In this document: in pieces, positions 56,619 through 64,000 of the stretch
Layout of the letters: each line of letters opens with the position of its first letter
Position numbering within the stretch: position 1 is the stretch's first letter
Assembly (NCBI GenBank): GCA_965261485.1
Contig: CBDHCY010000005.1
Coordinates: 333,813 to 397,812, forward strand
Reading direction: 5' to 3'
DNA: 64,000 nt
Source: Leptospiria bacterium
GTDB taxonomy: Bacteria; Spirochaetota; Leptospiria; Turneriellales; CBDBES01
Made by a program: the position numbers and the translations under genes
Notes under the pieces: generated by a model
The model's input: only the letters and a program-made list of their open reading frames with translations
Database searches by the model: none
What the model was told of the DNA's origin: nothing

Positions 56619-58300
56619 AATTTTGCTTGTTCATTCATTATTCTTTTTGACTCTTTTTCTATTTTAAGAGTTTCAGTATATTTTTTATCTTTTTTATCAG
56701 CGATTGATTTATTTGTTCTAACTTCAGCATCTTTTTTGGCTTCAATGGTGGCTTTTGAGACGAGTTGTTGAATTCCCATTTTAGCCGAATTGAGTACTAA
56801 TCCAGGGTTCAAACCTAGGGTGAAAATTAGAATCACAAAAGGAAGTATCATCAATATTTCTCGTATTTTGAGTTTAAATATATTATGTTTATTAAGTGCT
56901 AAAAGTTTTTCAGAAGGCTTGCCCCAAAAAATTTCTTTATAGAGGTGTAGCATGTAAACAGCACCAAAAATTACTCCTGTGACAGCAAAATAAGAAAAAA
57001 TTGGATTTTTTAAATAGACGCCCATAAGAATCAAAAACTCGCCAATAAAACCATTTGTCCCTGGAAAACCAATGGAACTTAAGGTTGCAATCATAAAAAA
57101 AAGAGCAAACAAAGGAGAAAGTTTAGCTAAACCTTGATAATCTTCTAATTTACGAGTATGGGTTCGGTCATAGAGCATACCTACCAAAAGGAATAATAAA
57201 CCGCTAGATATTCCATGATTAATCATCTGTATATATGCTCCTGAGATTCCTTCATAATTACCTGAAAATGCACCGGCTAAAATATAACCCATATGAGAGA
57301 TAGAAGAGTAAGCAATCAATTTTTTAATATCTGTTTGTGACCAAGCTAACCATGCACCATAGATGATATTTATTATGCCAATAGATAAAAATAGAAAAGA
57401 AAATTCGTAAGAAATATGAGGAAATAAGTTAAGAGAGAAGCGAAATATTCCGTAAGAACCCATTTTTAGTAATATTCCTGCTAAAATAATAGAGCCGACG
57501 GCAGGTGCTTCGGTATGAGCGTATGGAAGCCATGTGTGGAATGGAAAAGCCGGTAATTTAATCAAAAAACTAAGTAAAAAAGCCCAGAAAATTAAACGGC
57601 GAATTTCTATATCAATTTGACTCAAATCACTATTCATAATACGGGTTATATCAAAAGTTATTTCTCCTGTTGAAGTATAAAGAGCCAACGTAACAATACC
57701 CAAAATTAAAAAAACGGAGCCAGCAAAAGTATAAATAAAAAATTTAGTAGCTGCATATTTACGATTCTCTCCTCCCCAAATTCCAATTAGAAGAACCATA
57801 GGAATGAGCATGAGTTCCCAAAATATATAAAAGGCAATAAGATTTGATGCTAAAAAAACACCAATGATACTTGATTCTAGAATAAGTAAACTAATCCAAA
57901 AAAGTTTTTGTTTAGAAATATGAGAAGAAGTATTAGAAGACATCATAAAACTACTATACGAAAAACTAATACCAATAGGAAAAAGAAATGTAGTGAGGAG
58001 ATATAAGCTTAGGTTGAGATTATCTATACCATAAGACCATTGCAACCAACTTCCCTGTTGTGATAATCCTACTTCTTTCATTTGAAATGTCGCTAAATTA
58101 GGGTCAAAGTGAAAAGCAACACCCAGAGAAATAATTAGAGAAATTAAACTAGCTGTGAGTGCGATAGAAAATAAGATTGTCTGTAATTTGTTATTTTGTC
58201 TAATAGGGATAAGGCCGATTAATAAGCTACCAATTAAGGGAGCAAGAATACTTAAGCTCAACATTATAAAAAACCTCCTACCATAATAATTAACATGCAT
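56615..58300 (-). CDS. nuoM: NADH-quinone oxidoreductase subunit M (true start probably Met at 58264)
   Basis: Antiporter-like subunit with WLPYAHTEAPAVGSIILAGILLKMG. Position between nuoL and nuoN. Confidence 0.85.
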   Translation of the reverse strand: MHVNYYGRRFFIMLSLSILAPLIGSLLIGLIPIRQNNKLQTILFSIALTASLISLIISLGVAFHFDPNLATFQMKEVGLSQQGSWLQWSYGIDNLNLSLYLLTTFLFPIGISFSYSSFMMSSNTSSHISKQKLFWISLLILESSIIGVFLASNLIAFYIFWELMLIPMVLLIGIWGGENRKYAATKFFIYTFAGSVFLILGIVTLALYTSTGEITFDITRIMNSDLSQIDIEIRRLIFWAFLLSFLIKLPAFPFHTWLPYAHTEAPAVGSIILAGILLKMGSYGIFRFSLNLFPHISYEFSFLFLSIGIINIIYGAWLAWSQTDIKKLIAYSSISHMGYILAGAFSGNYEGISGAYIQMINHGISSGLLFLLVGMLYDRTHTRKLEDYQGLAKLSPLFALFFMIATLSSIGFPGTNGFIGEFLILMGVYLKNPIFSYFAVTGVIFGAVYMLHLYKEIFWGKPSEKLLALNKHNIFKLKIREILMILPFVILIFTLGLNPGLVLNSAKMGIQQLVSKATIEAKKDAEVRTNKSIADKKDKKYTETLKIEKESKRIMNEQAKL

Positions 58301-60204
58301 AGTAAAAGAGTAACCATATAAAGAGCATAGTGACCAACTTTACCGGTTTGTAGTTGTTTAAATAGTGAACTCAATGTGAGAGCAACTTCAGCTAGACCAT
58401 CAATTATTGTATCAATAATTTGACGATCTATAACATTATATGTAAAATTGGCTAATCGCCTTATAGGCTTGAGAAATAAATATTGATATAATTCGTCGAC
58501 ATAAAATTTATGAAAACTGATACGAACAAAACTTTTTCGATAAGCACCATCAGCAACAGGCACTAATTGAGAACGATGATATCGGAACCAAGCAAAATAA
58601 AGGCCAATGCAAGCGGCACCAATGGAAAGAATCAGTAGGTATATTTCTGTTTGCTGAGAAATTTGGATGTGCCATGAGTGGGCAAGTTCTGAGGGACGAA
58701 CAGGAAGAATTGAGTCAAAATACTTTACAATGGATGATGGTTCATGGGTAAATAATTTTGGTAAACCGATGTACCCTCCTAAGATTGAAAAAATCGCTAA
58801 AACTAATAAGGGAAATTTCATACTCCAACCAATATCATGAGGTTTCTGAGAACCTCGATAGTTTTTTCCGTGAAAAACTAAGAAAATTAATCGATACATA
58901 TAGATACTAGTAAGTAAAGCGGTGATTAGACCGAGAGAAAAAAGAAAGGTTCCTCCATTTTTGAAACTAAAAGTTTGCTCTAAAATCATATCTTTTGAGA
59001 AAAAACCAGAAAAACCAGGTATACCTGAGATTGTAATCGCTCCTATCCAAAAAATCCAAGCAAGAAATTTGATAGAAGAGTATAGGTTGCCCATTTTTCT
59101 TATATCTTGCTGATGGTGTAGAGCAATGATAACGGCACCTGAACCCAAAAATAAAAGGGCTTTAAAAAAAGCATGGGTCATGAGGTGAAACATTCCAGCT
59201 CCATAAGCTCCGACACCCATGGCTAAAAACATATAACCGAGTTGAGAAACTGTTGAATAGGCAAGAATCTTTTTGATATCAGTTTGAGACAATGCAATAA
59301 GTGCTGCAAAAAATGCTGTAAATGCACCGATATAAGCTATAAAAGTAGATACTTCTGGAGCTCCCAAAAATATAGGAGAAAGCCGTGTAATCATGAAAAG
59401 TCCTGCCGTAACCATCGTGGCGGCATGGATAAGTGCGGAGACAGGAGTAGGTCCTGCCATTGCATCAGGCAACCAGACGTGAAGAGGAATTTGTGCTGAT
59501 TTTCCCATTGCCCCAATAAAAAATAAAATTGCAATTAAATTTAAAACATCTGGGGATATATTTGTTGTAGATAAATGAGCATAAATTTCATTATAGTTTA
59601 AACTACCGATCTCTTTGTAGAGTAAAAATATCGCTAATAAAAATCCAGCATCTCCTATACGATTGGTGATGAAAGCTTTTTTACCGGCTGAGGTGGCACT
59701 TTCTTTATCATAGTTAAAGCCAATGAGGAGATATGAGCAGAGACCTACCCCTTCCCAACCCATAAACATTAGCACCAAATTATCAGCAAGAATTAAGTGT
59801 AGCATGAAAAAAATAAATAAATTTAGATAAGTAAAAAAACGGGCAAAGTGCTCTTTTTCCTCTTTCATATAGCCTATTGAGTAAATATGAATTAGACTTC
59901 CAATTCCGGTAATGATCCAGACCATAAAAATAGATAAACCATCTAAACGATAAGAAAAATTGATCTTTAAATCACCAACTTGAATCCATTCAAATAGTAT
60001 TGTTTGAATGCCATGTACAGAAGTCACATCTTGATTAAAGGCTAAAGTGAGGTAAGCAAAAATACTAAAAGATAGGAGTATAGAACCTGCTCCTATGTAC
60101 GAAACAAGGGGTTGATTATATTTATACCAAAATGATAATAAGCCGTTCAATAAAAAACCTGCAAAAGGTAGCCATGCGGCGATAATTATTAAATTATTAG
60201 TCAT
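58264..60204 (-). CDS. nuoL: NADH-quinone oxidoreductase subunit L
   Basis: 646 aa with WLPDAMAGPTPVSALIHAATMVTAG and a long C-terminal extension with a terminal TM, as in NuoL. Confidence 0.9.
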   Translation of the reverse strand: MTNNLIIIAAWLPFAGFLLNGLLSFWYKYNQPLVSYIGAGSILLSFSIFAYLTLAFNQDVTSVHGIQTILFEWIQVGDLKINFSYRLDGLSIFMVWIITGIGSLIHIYSIGYMKEEKEHFARFFTYLNLFIFFMLHLILADNLVLMFMGWEGVGLCSYLLIGFNYDKESATSAGKKAFITNRIGDAGFLLAIFLLYKEIGSLNYNEIYAHLSTTNISPDVLNLIAILFFIGAMGKSAQIPLHVWLPDAMAGPTPVSALIHAATMVTAGLFMITRLSPIFLGAPEVSTFIAYIGAFTAFFAALIALSQTDIKKILAYSTVSQLGYMFLAMGVGAYGAGMFHLMTHAFFKALLFLGSGAVIIALHHQQDIRKMGNLYSSIKFLAWIFWIGAITISGIPGFSGFFSKDMILEQTFSFKNGGTFLFSLGLITALLTSIYMYRLIFLVFHGKNYRGSQKPHDIGWSMKFPLLVLAIFSILGGYIGLPKLFTHEPSSIVKYFDSILPVRPSELAHSWHIQISQQTEIYLLILSIGAACIGLYFAWFRYHRSQLVPVADGAYRKSFVRISFHKFYVDELYQYLFLKPIRRLANFTYNVIDRQIIDTIIDGLAEVALTLSSLFKQLQTGKVGHYALYMVTLLLCMLIIMVGGFL

Positions 60205-60505
60205 TAATTTTTAGTTCATCAATTTTAGCTAAATCAACTGTTTTAAAATTCCTGTGTAAGGAGATTACAAGGGCTAAGCCAATTGCCGCTTCGGCCGCAG
60301 CTACTGCCATGACAAAAAATACAAAAATTTCTCCGTGAATATCATTTCTCATACGGGCAAAAGTAATAAAAAGTAGGTTGACTGAATTTAACATAATCTC
60401 TACTGACATCAATACAATTATTATATTGCGTCTGGTTAAAACGCCGAGAATACCAATTGAAAATATGATAAGTGTGAGTATGACAATATTTTCGCTTGGA
60501 ATCAT
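60197..60505 (-). CDS. nuoK: NADH-quinone oxidoreductase subunit K
   Basis: 102 aa, 3 TM. MSVEIMLNSVNLLF and AAAEAAIGLALV motifs. Confidence 0.9.
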   Translation of the reverse strand: MIPSENIVILTLIIFSIGILGVLTRRNIIIVLMSVEIMLNSVNLLFITFARMRNDIHGEIFVFFVMAVAAAEAAIGLALVISLHRNFKTVDLAKIDELKIND

Positions 60506-61149
60506 TGAAGTTTTCTCCTATCTTTTTTAGCTAGCATTACAGCACCTATAACAGCCACAAGAAGTAAAATTGAAACGACTTCAAAAGGTAATAAATAAAA
60601 TTTAAATAGAGAGTAAGAAACAATTTCAGTATTCCCTTTGATCATTTTATCTTGAGAAATATTGATAGAAGAATTAATGGATTGGCTAATTGATGTTTGA
60701 TTGTGATGACCAGCATTAATTAGCACAAAAAATTGTAACAAAAAAGCAACCACTAAAAAAAAGATTAATAAGCTTCTGGGAGCATTTAAGCCAAAATTTT
60801 CAAAATTAGTGTCTCTGATTGAAATAAGCATAATTACGAAAAGAAATAAAACCATAATGGCACCTACATATATTAAAATTTGTAGAGTAGCTAAGAAATC
60901 CGCACCAATTAACGCATAGGTTGCAGCCAAAGTTACAAAAAAAATGACTAAAAATAATGCTGATTTTATCGGATTTCTATGCCAAATTACGCCGAAAGCT
61001 GCTCCAATCATAACAAAAGAAAAAGTATAGAAAAGAGCTAATTCTACAGTAATATTAGACATCATAAAGATATCCTTGTTTATTGATACCAGACATATAT
61101 TCCTCCAATAAATACTTGAAAAAGTGCGAGAGGGGTTAAATATTTCCAT
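60502..61149 (-). CDS. nuoJ: NADH-quinone oxidoreductase subunit J (true start probably MMSNIT at 61065; the longer ORF overlaps nuoH)
   Basis: Small polytopic subunit with the pattern NPIKSALFLVIFFVTLAATYALIGADFLATLQILIYVGAIMVLFLFVIM. Confidence 0.8.
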   Translation of the reverse strand: MEIFNPSRTFSSIYWRNICLVSINKDIFMMSNITVELALFYTFSFVMIGAAFGVIWHRNPIKSALFLVIFFVTLAATYALIGADFLATLQILIYVGAIMVLFLFVIMLISIRDTNFENFGLNAPRSLLIFFLVVAFLLQFFVLINAGHHNQTSISQSINSSINISQDKMIKGNTEIVSYSLFKFYLLPFEVVSILLLVAVIGAVMLAKKDRRKLQ

Positions 61150-62138
61150 CCAAGATTCATTAATTGATCATAACGAAAACGTGGAAGGCTCCATCGCACC
61201 CAAACAAAGAAAAACATGAAAAAAATAGCTTTAAGAATAAGAAAACCAGTACCAATGAGAGGAGTCCACCAATGAATTTTAAAAATATTTTCGATGAAAG
61301 CAGGAGTATTCCAACCACCTAAGAATAAAATTGAAATTAAAAAAGAGAGAGTGATCATGTTCATATATTCGGCAATAAAAAACAGGGCAAACTTGAAGGC
61401 TCCATATTCTGTATGAAATCCAACGACTAATTCACTTTCTGCTTCGGCCAAATCAAAAGGAAGTCGATTTGTTTCAGCAAAGATGGATATCAAAAATATA
61501 AAAAAAGCTAAAAAACCAGGGATTGTAAAGATAAACCAGACATTTTTTTGTGCGAGAATAATTTGATTTAAATCAAGATGTCCAGTCATCAAAATTATAC
61601 CCACTACACTAAGCCCCAAACTGAGTTCATAACTAATCATTTGAGCAGAAGCTCTAATTGCACCAAGCAAAGAATATTTATTATTACTAGACCAACCAGC
61701 TAGAAGAATACCGTAGACAGAGAGGGATGATATTGCAAAAATCAATAAAATACCCGTATTAACATTGGCGACTTGAAGCGAAATTTTTTCTCTACCTAGT
61801 ACTTCAAATGGCAAATGAAGAATTGGTGTAAAAGGTATGCTCCCCCAAAGTAAAATAGCGGTTATTACAGAAATAGCTGGAGCCATAAGAAATAAGTAAA
61901 TATCAGCATTACGTGGTATGGTCTCTTGTTTCATAAGAAATTTAACTCCATCCGCAAGTGGCTGAAAGATTCCCCAAAAACCAGCTCTATTCGGTCCGTA
62001 ACGATCTTGAAAATAGCCTGCCCATTTTCTTTCCATTAGTGTGTAGTAAGCCGCACCTGTAATAATTAACATAAAAAGAACAAGAATTTTAATAATTGTC
62101 CAAAACCAATCTGTTTGGTACCACATATTATATTCCAT
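61080..62138 (-). CDS. nuoH: NADH-quinone oxidoreductase subunit H
   Basis: ERKWAGYFQDRYGPNR, ETNRLPFDLAEAESELVVGFHTEY, and FFIAEY are hallmark NuoH/ND1 motifs. Confidence 0.9.
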   Translation of the reverse strand: MEYNMWYQTDWFWTIIKILVLFMLIITGAAYYTLMERKWAGYFQDRYGPNRAGFWGIFQPLADGVKFLMKQETIPRNADIYLFLMAPAISVITAILLWGSIPFTPILHLPFEVLGREKISLQVANVNTGILLIFAISSLSVYGILLAGWSSNNKYSLLGAIRASAQMISYELSLGLSVVGIILMTGHLDLNQIILAQKNVWFIFTIPGFLAFFIFLISIFAETNRLPFDLAEAESELVVGFHTEYGAFKFALFFIAEYMNMITLSFLISILFLGGWNTPAFIENIFKIHWWTPLIGTGFLILKAIFFMFFFVWVRWSLPRFRYDQLMNLGWKYLTPLALFQVFIGGIYVWYQ

Positions 62139-62147
62139 TCTGGTTAA

Positions 62148-63458
62148 TTAAATTGGCGTAAGTTGTTTGGGCACTAAATTTTTTATACGGGATTCGAATT
62201 CTGATCTAAATTTTTTAATAATAGGGGTTACTCCCATTACTACAGCATCTGAAAATGGACAAATAGTCGTGCCATTTGTCATATTATTTGTGAAATTAAA
62301 TAGTGTATCTAAGTCAGATATTTTTGCCTTTTTTTCACGGATACGAAAAATAATATCTTTTATCCAACGAGAGCCTTCTCGGCAGGGAGTGCATTGTCCG
62401 CATGATTCATGTGCATAAAAATAAGCTATGCGGTAAGCAAATTCAACCATATCAACCGAATCGTCCAAAATTATGAGGCCGCCAGAGCCTAAAAAAGTAC
62501 CCTTCTCTACCATTCCTTCGTAGTCCATAATTGCTTCATCTTCAACTTCTTGATGTGTTAAAATAGGCGTTGAGCTACCACCGGGGACAACGGCCTTGAG
62601 TTTACGACCATCAGGAACTCCTCCTGCGATATCATTAATAATATCAATTAATTTAACGCCTAAAGGCACTTCATATACGCCTGGATTTTTTATATTGCCG
62701 GATATCGAATAAACCTTTGTACCTCCTGATTTTTGAGGTCTTAGTCCGAGATTGGCATAAAAGTCACTCCCTTTATTTATAATATGAGGTATGGCACAAA
62801 ATGTCTCTACATTATTAACAACAGTCGGAGATCCGTAAAGTCCTTTAAGTGCTGGGAAAGGAGGTTTTAATCGAGGGTGACCTCGTTTACCTTCTAAACT
62901 TTCTAATAATGCAGTCTCTTCACCACAAATATACGCACCTGCACCTCGAAAAGTGCTCAAATGAAAAGAGTAGCTACTTCCTAAAATGTTATTACCTAGG
63001 TATCCTTTTTGATAAGCTTCTTCAATAGCTGCTTCAACAACTTCCCATCCATGATAAAATTCTCCTCGAATATAAATAAAACCATGATGACTTTTGAGAG
63101 CGATCCCACAAATAATCATACCTTCAATCATACCGTGTGGAATTTTTTCTAGAATTACTCGATCTTTGAAAGTACCTGGTTCCGCCTCATCAGCATTACA
63201 AACCACGTATTTAGGTTCTACTGAATCTTTGGGAACAAAACTCCATTTCAGACCAGTTGGAAATCCTGCTCCACCTCGTCCACGTAGATTTGATTTTTTA
63301 ACCTCTTCAATTATAGCGTTTGAATTCCATTTTAATGGCTCATCAACAAGAATTTTTTTTAATGATTGATAACCACCTCCTTTCTCATATGTTTCAATCT
63401 TTTCTGATTTCTTTTTACCTAAATCTTGTAGAATAATTCGCTTTTCTTTGATTGGCAT
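62148..63458 (-). CDS. nuoF: NADH-quinone oxidoreductase subunit F
   Basis: GRGGAGFPTGLKW (FMN), CNADEAEPGTFKDR, and ESCGQCTPCREG (N3 4Fe-4S). Confidence 0.92.
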   Translation of the reverse strand: MPIKEKRIILQDLGKKKSEKIETYEKGGGYQSLKKILVDEPLKWNSNAIIEEVKKSNLRGRGGAGFPTGLKWSFVPKDSVEPKYVVCNADEAEPGTFKDRVILEKIPHGMIEGMIICGIALKSHHGFIYIRGEFYHGWEVVEAAIEEAYQKGYLGNNILGSSYSFHLSTFRGAGAYICGEETALLESLEGKRGHPRLKPPFPALKGLYGSPTVVNNVETFCAIPHIINKGSDFYANLGLRPQKSGGTKVYSISGNIKNPGVYEVPLGVKLIDIINDIAGGVPDGRKLKAVVPGGSSTPILTHQEVEDEAIMDYEGMVEKGTFLGSGGLIILDDSVDMVEFAYRIAYFYAHESCGQCTPCREGSRWIKDIIFRIREKKAKISDLDTLFNFTNNMTNGTTICPFSDAVVMGVTPIIKKFRSEFESRIKNLVPKQLTPI

Positions 63459-63484
63459 CGTTAAATTAAAATAAACACTGATAT

Positions 63485-63982
63485 TTATTTTTCTTTGAGT
63501 TCATCAATTAATTCTGTTACTTTTTTGGGATCTAAATTTTCATGATAATCATGATTTATTAACATAACCGGAGCTTTATCACAACCTGCCAAACATTCTT
63601 GAGTATGAGTATAAGTAAATTGTTTGTCTGATGTAGTTTCTCCTGATTTGAGCTTTAGTTTTTTTTGTATACATTTTTCTATCTCGTCAGAACCCATCAT
63701 CCAACAAGTGGCATTATAACAGACTTGAAGGTGATATTTTCCGATAGGTTTTTCTCGAAAAGCTTCATAAAAACTAATGACACCAGAAACCCACGCTGGG
63801 GATACCTCCGCTTTTTGAGCGATATATCTTATGGCTTCAGGTGGAATATAACCTTTATCTTCTTGAACGAGGTGTAGACCCCAAATGACCAAAGAGCTTT
63901 TTTTTGGGAATTTTTTTTCAAGCTCTTTAAATTTGCTTGCTTGTTCTGAAGGAAATGTATAGTCCATTTTTACGTCAACCAT
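63485..63982 (-). CDS. nuoE: NADH-quinone oxidoreductase subunit E
   Basis: Thioredoxin-like 2Fe-2S subunit: cysteine pattern C...C (VCYNATCWMMG) and ECLAGCDKAP. An upstream ORF open to the window edge ends 8 nt inside the nuoE start and is presumably nuoD. Confidence 0.85.
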   Translation of the reverse strand: MVDVKMDYTFPSEQASKFKELEKKFPKKSSLVIWGLHLVQEDKGYIPPEAIRYIAQKAEVSPAWVSGVISFYEAFREKPIGKYHLQVCYNATCWMMGSDEIEKCIQKKLKLKSGETTSDKQFTYTHTQECLAGCDKAPVMLINHDYHENLDPKKVTELIDELKEK

Positions 63983-64000
63983 CTAGCTCACCAGCGATTA

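Noticed and set aside
61066-61149. A 70-bp overlap between nuoJ and nuoH implied by the longest nuoJ ORF
   Set aside because: The N-terminal 28 codons are not NuoJ-like. An internal ATG (MMSNIT..., start 61065) lies 14 bp after the nuoH stop and gives the expected protein length.

Overview
AT-rich bacterial chromosome segment. All product calls come from reading the ORF translations for family motifs; no database search was possible. Most of the window is housekeeping. It includes the fliI tail, fliJ and a MotE-like gene, gpsA, hemH, hemB, rsmI, leuA-ilvBN, murC, hldD, an epmA-like gene, an ftsK-like gene, ggt, a DEAD-box helicase, tsaB/tsaE, and a nuoE-F-H-J-K-L-M-N block that has no nuoG or nuoI. 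A 16S rRNA gene (31061-32592) and a lone 5S rRNA gene (42232-42349) lie on the same strand about 9.6 kb apart, with no 23S between them. There is one tRNA with a CAU anticodon.

Two accessory regions stand out, and both are visibly more GC-rich than their flanks.

(A) 12.2-20.9 kb holds three tandem paralogous GLUG-repeat lipoprotein genes. Each duplicated unit carries a copy of the rsmI 3' end, its own TTGACA promoter candidate and a 12-bp-stem terminator hairpin. The paralogues show mosaic similarity, poly-C/poly-G tracts and a 21-bp VNTR just after the lipobox.

(B) 33.9-42.1 kb holds two directly repeated cassettes. Each has five parts: a 97-bp upstream block identical between copies, an AGAACTAC octamer tract (16 vs 18 units), a conserved structured leader, a GLUG-type lipoprotein gene, and a GC-rich tandem array of roughly 46-bp hairpin units (26 vs 10 units). 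The only gene between the cassettes is an Rpn/YhgA-type PD-(D/E)XK nuclease with an expanded C-terminal peptide repeat.

I consider region B the best candidate for an undescribed phase- or antigenic-variation (or RNA-array) system. Its function is inference only. Another notable item is a single-ORF fusion of an alanine/sodium symporter with phosphatidylserine decarboxylase. The taxon cannot be assigned from here.
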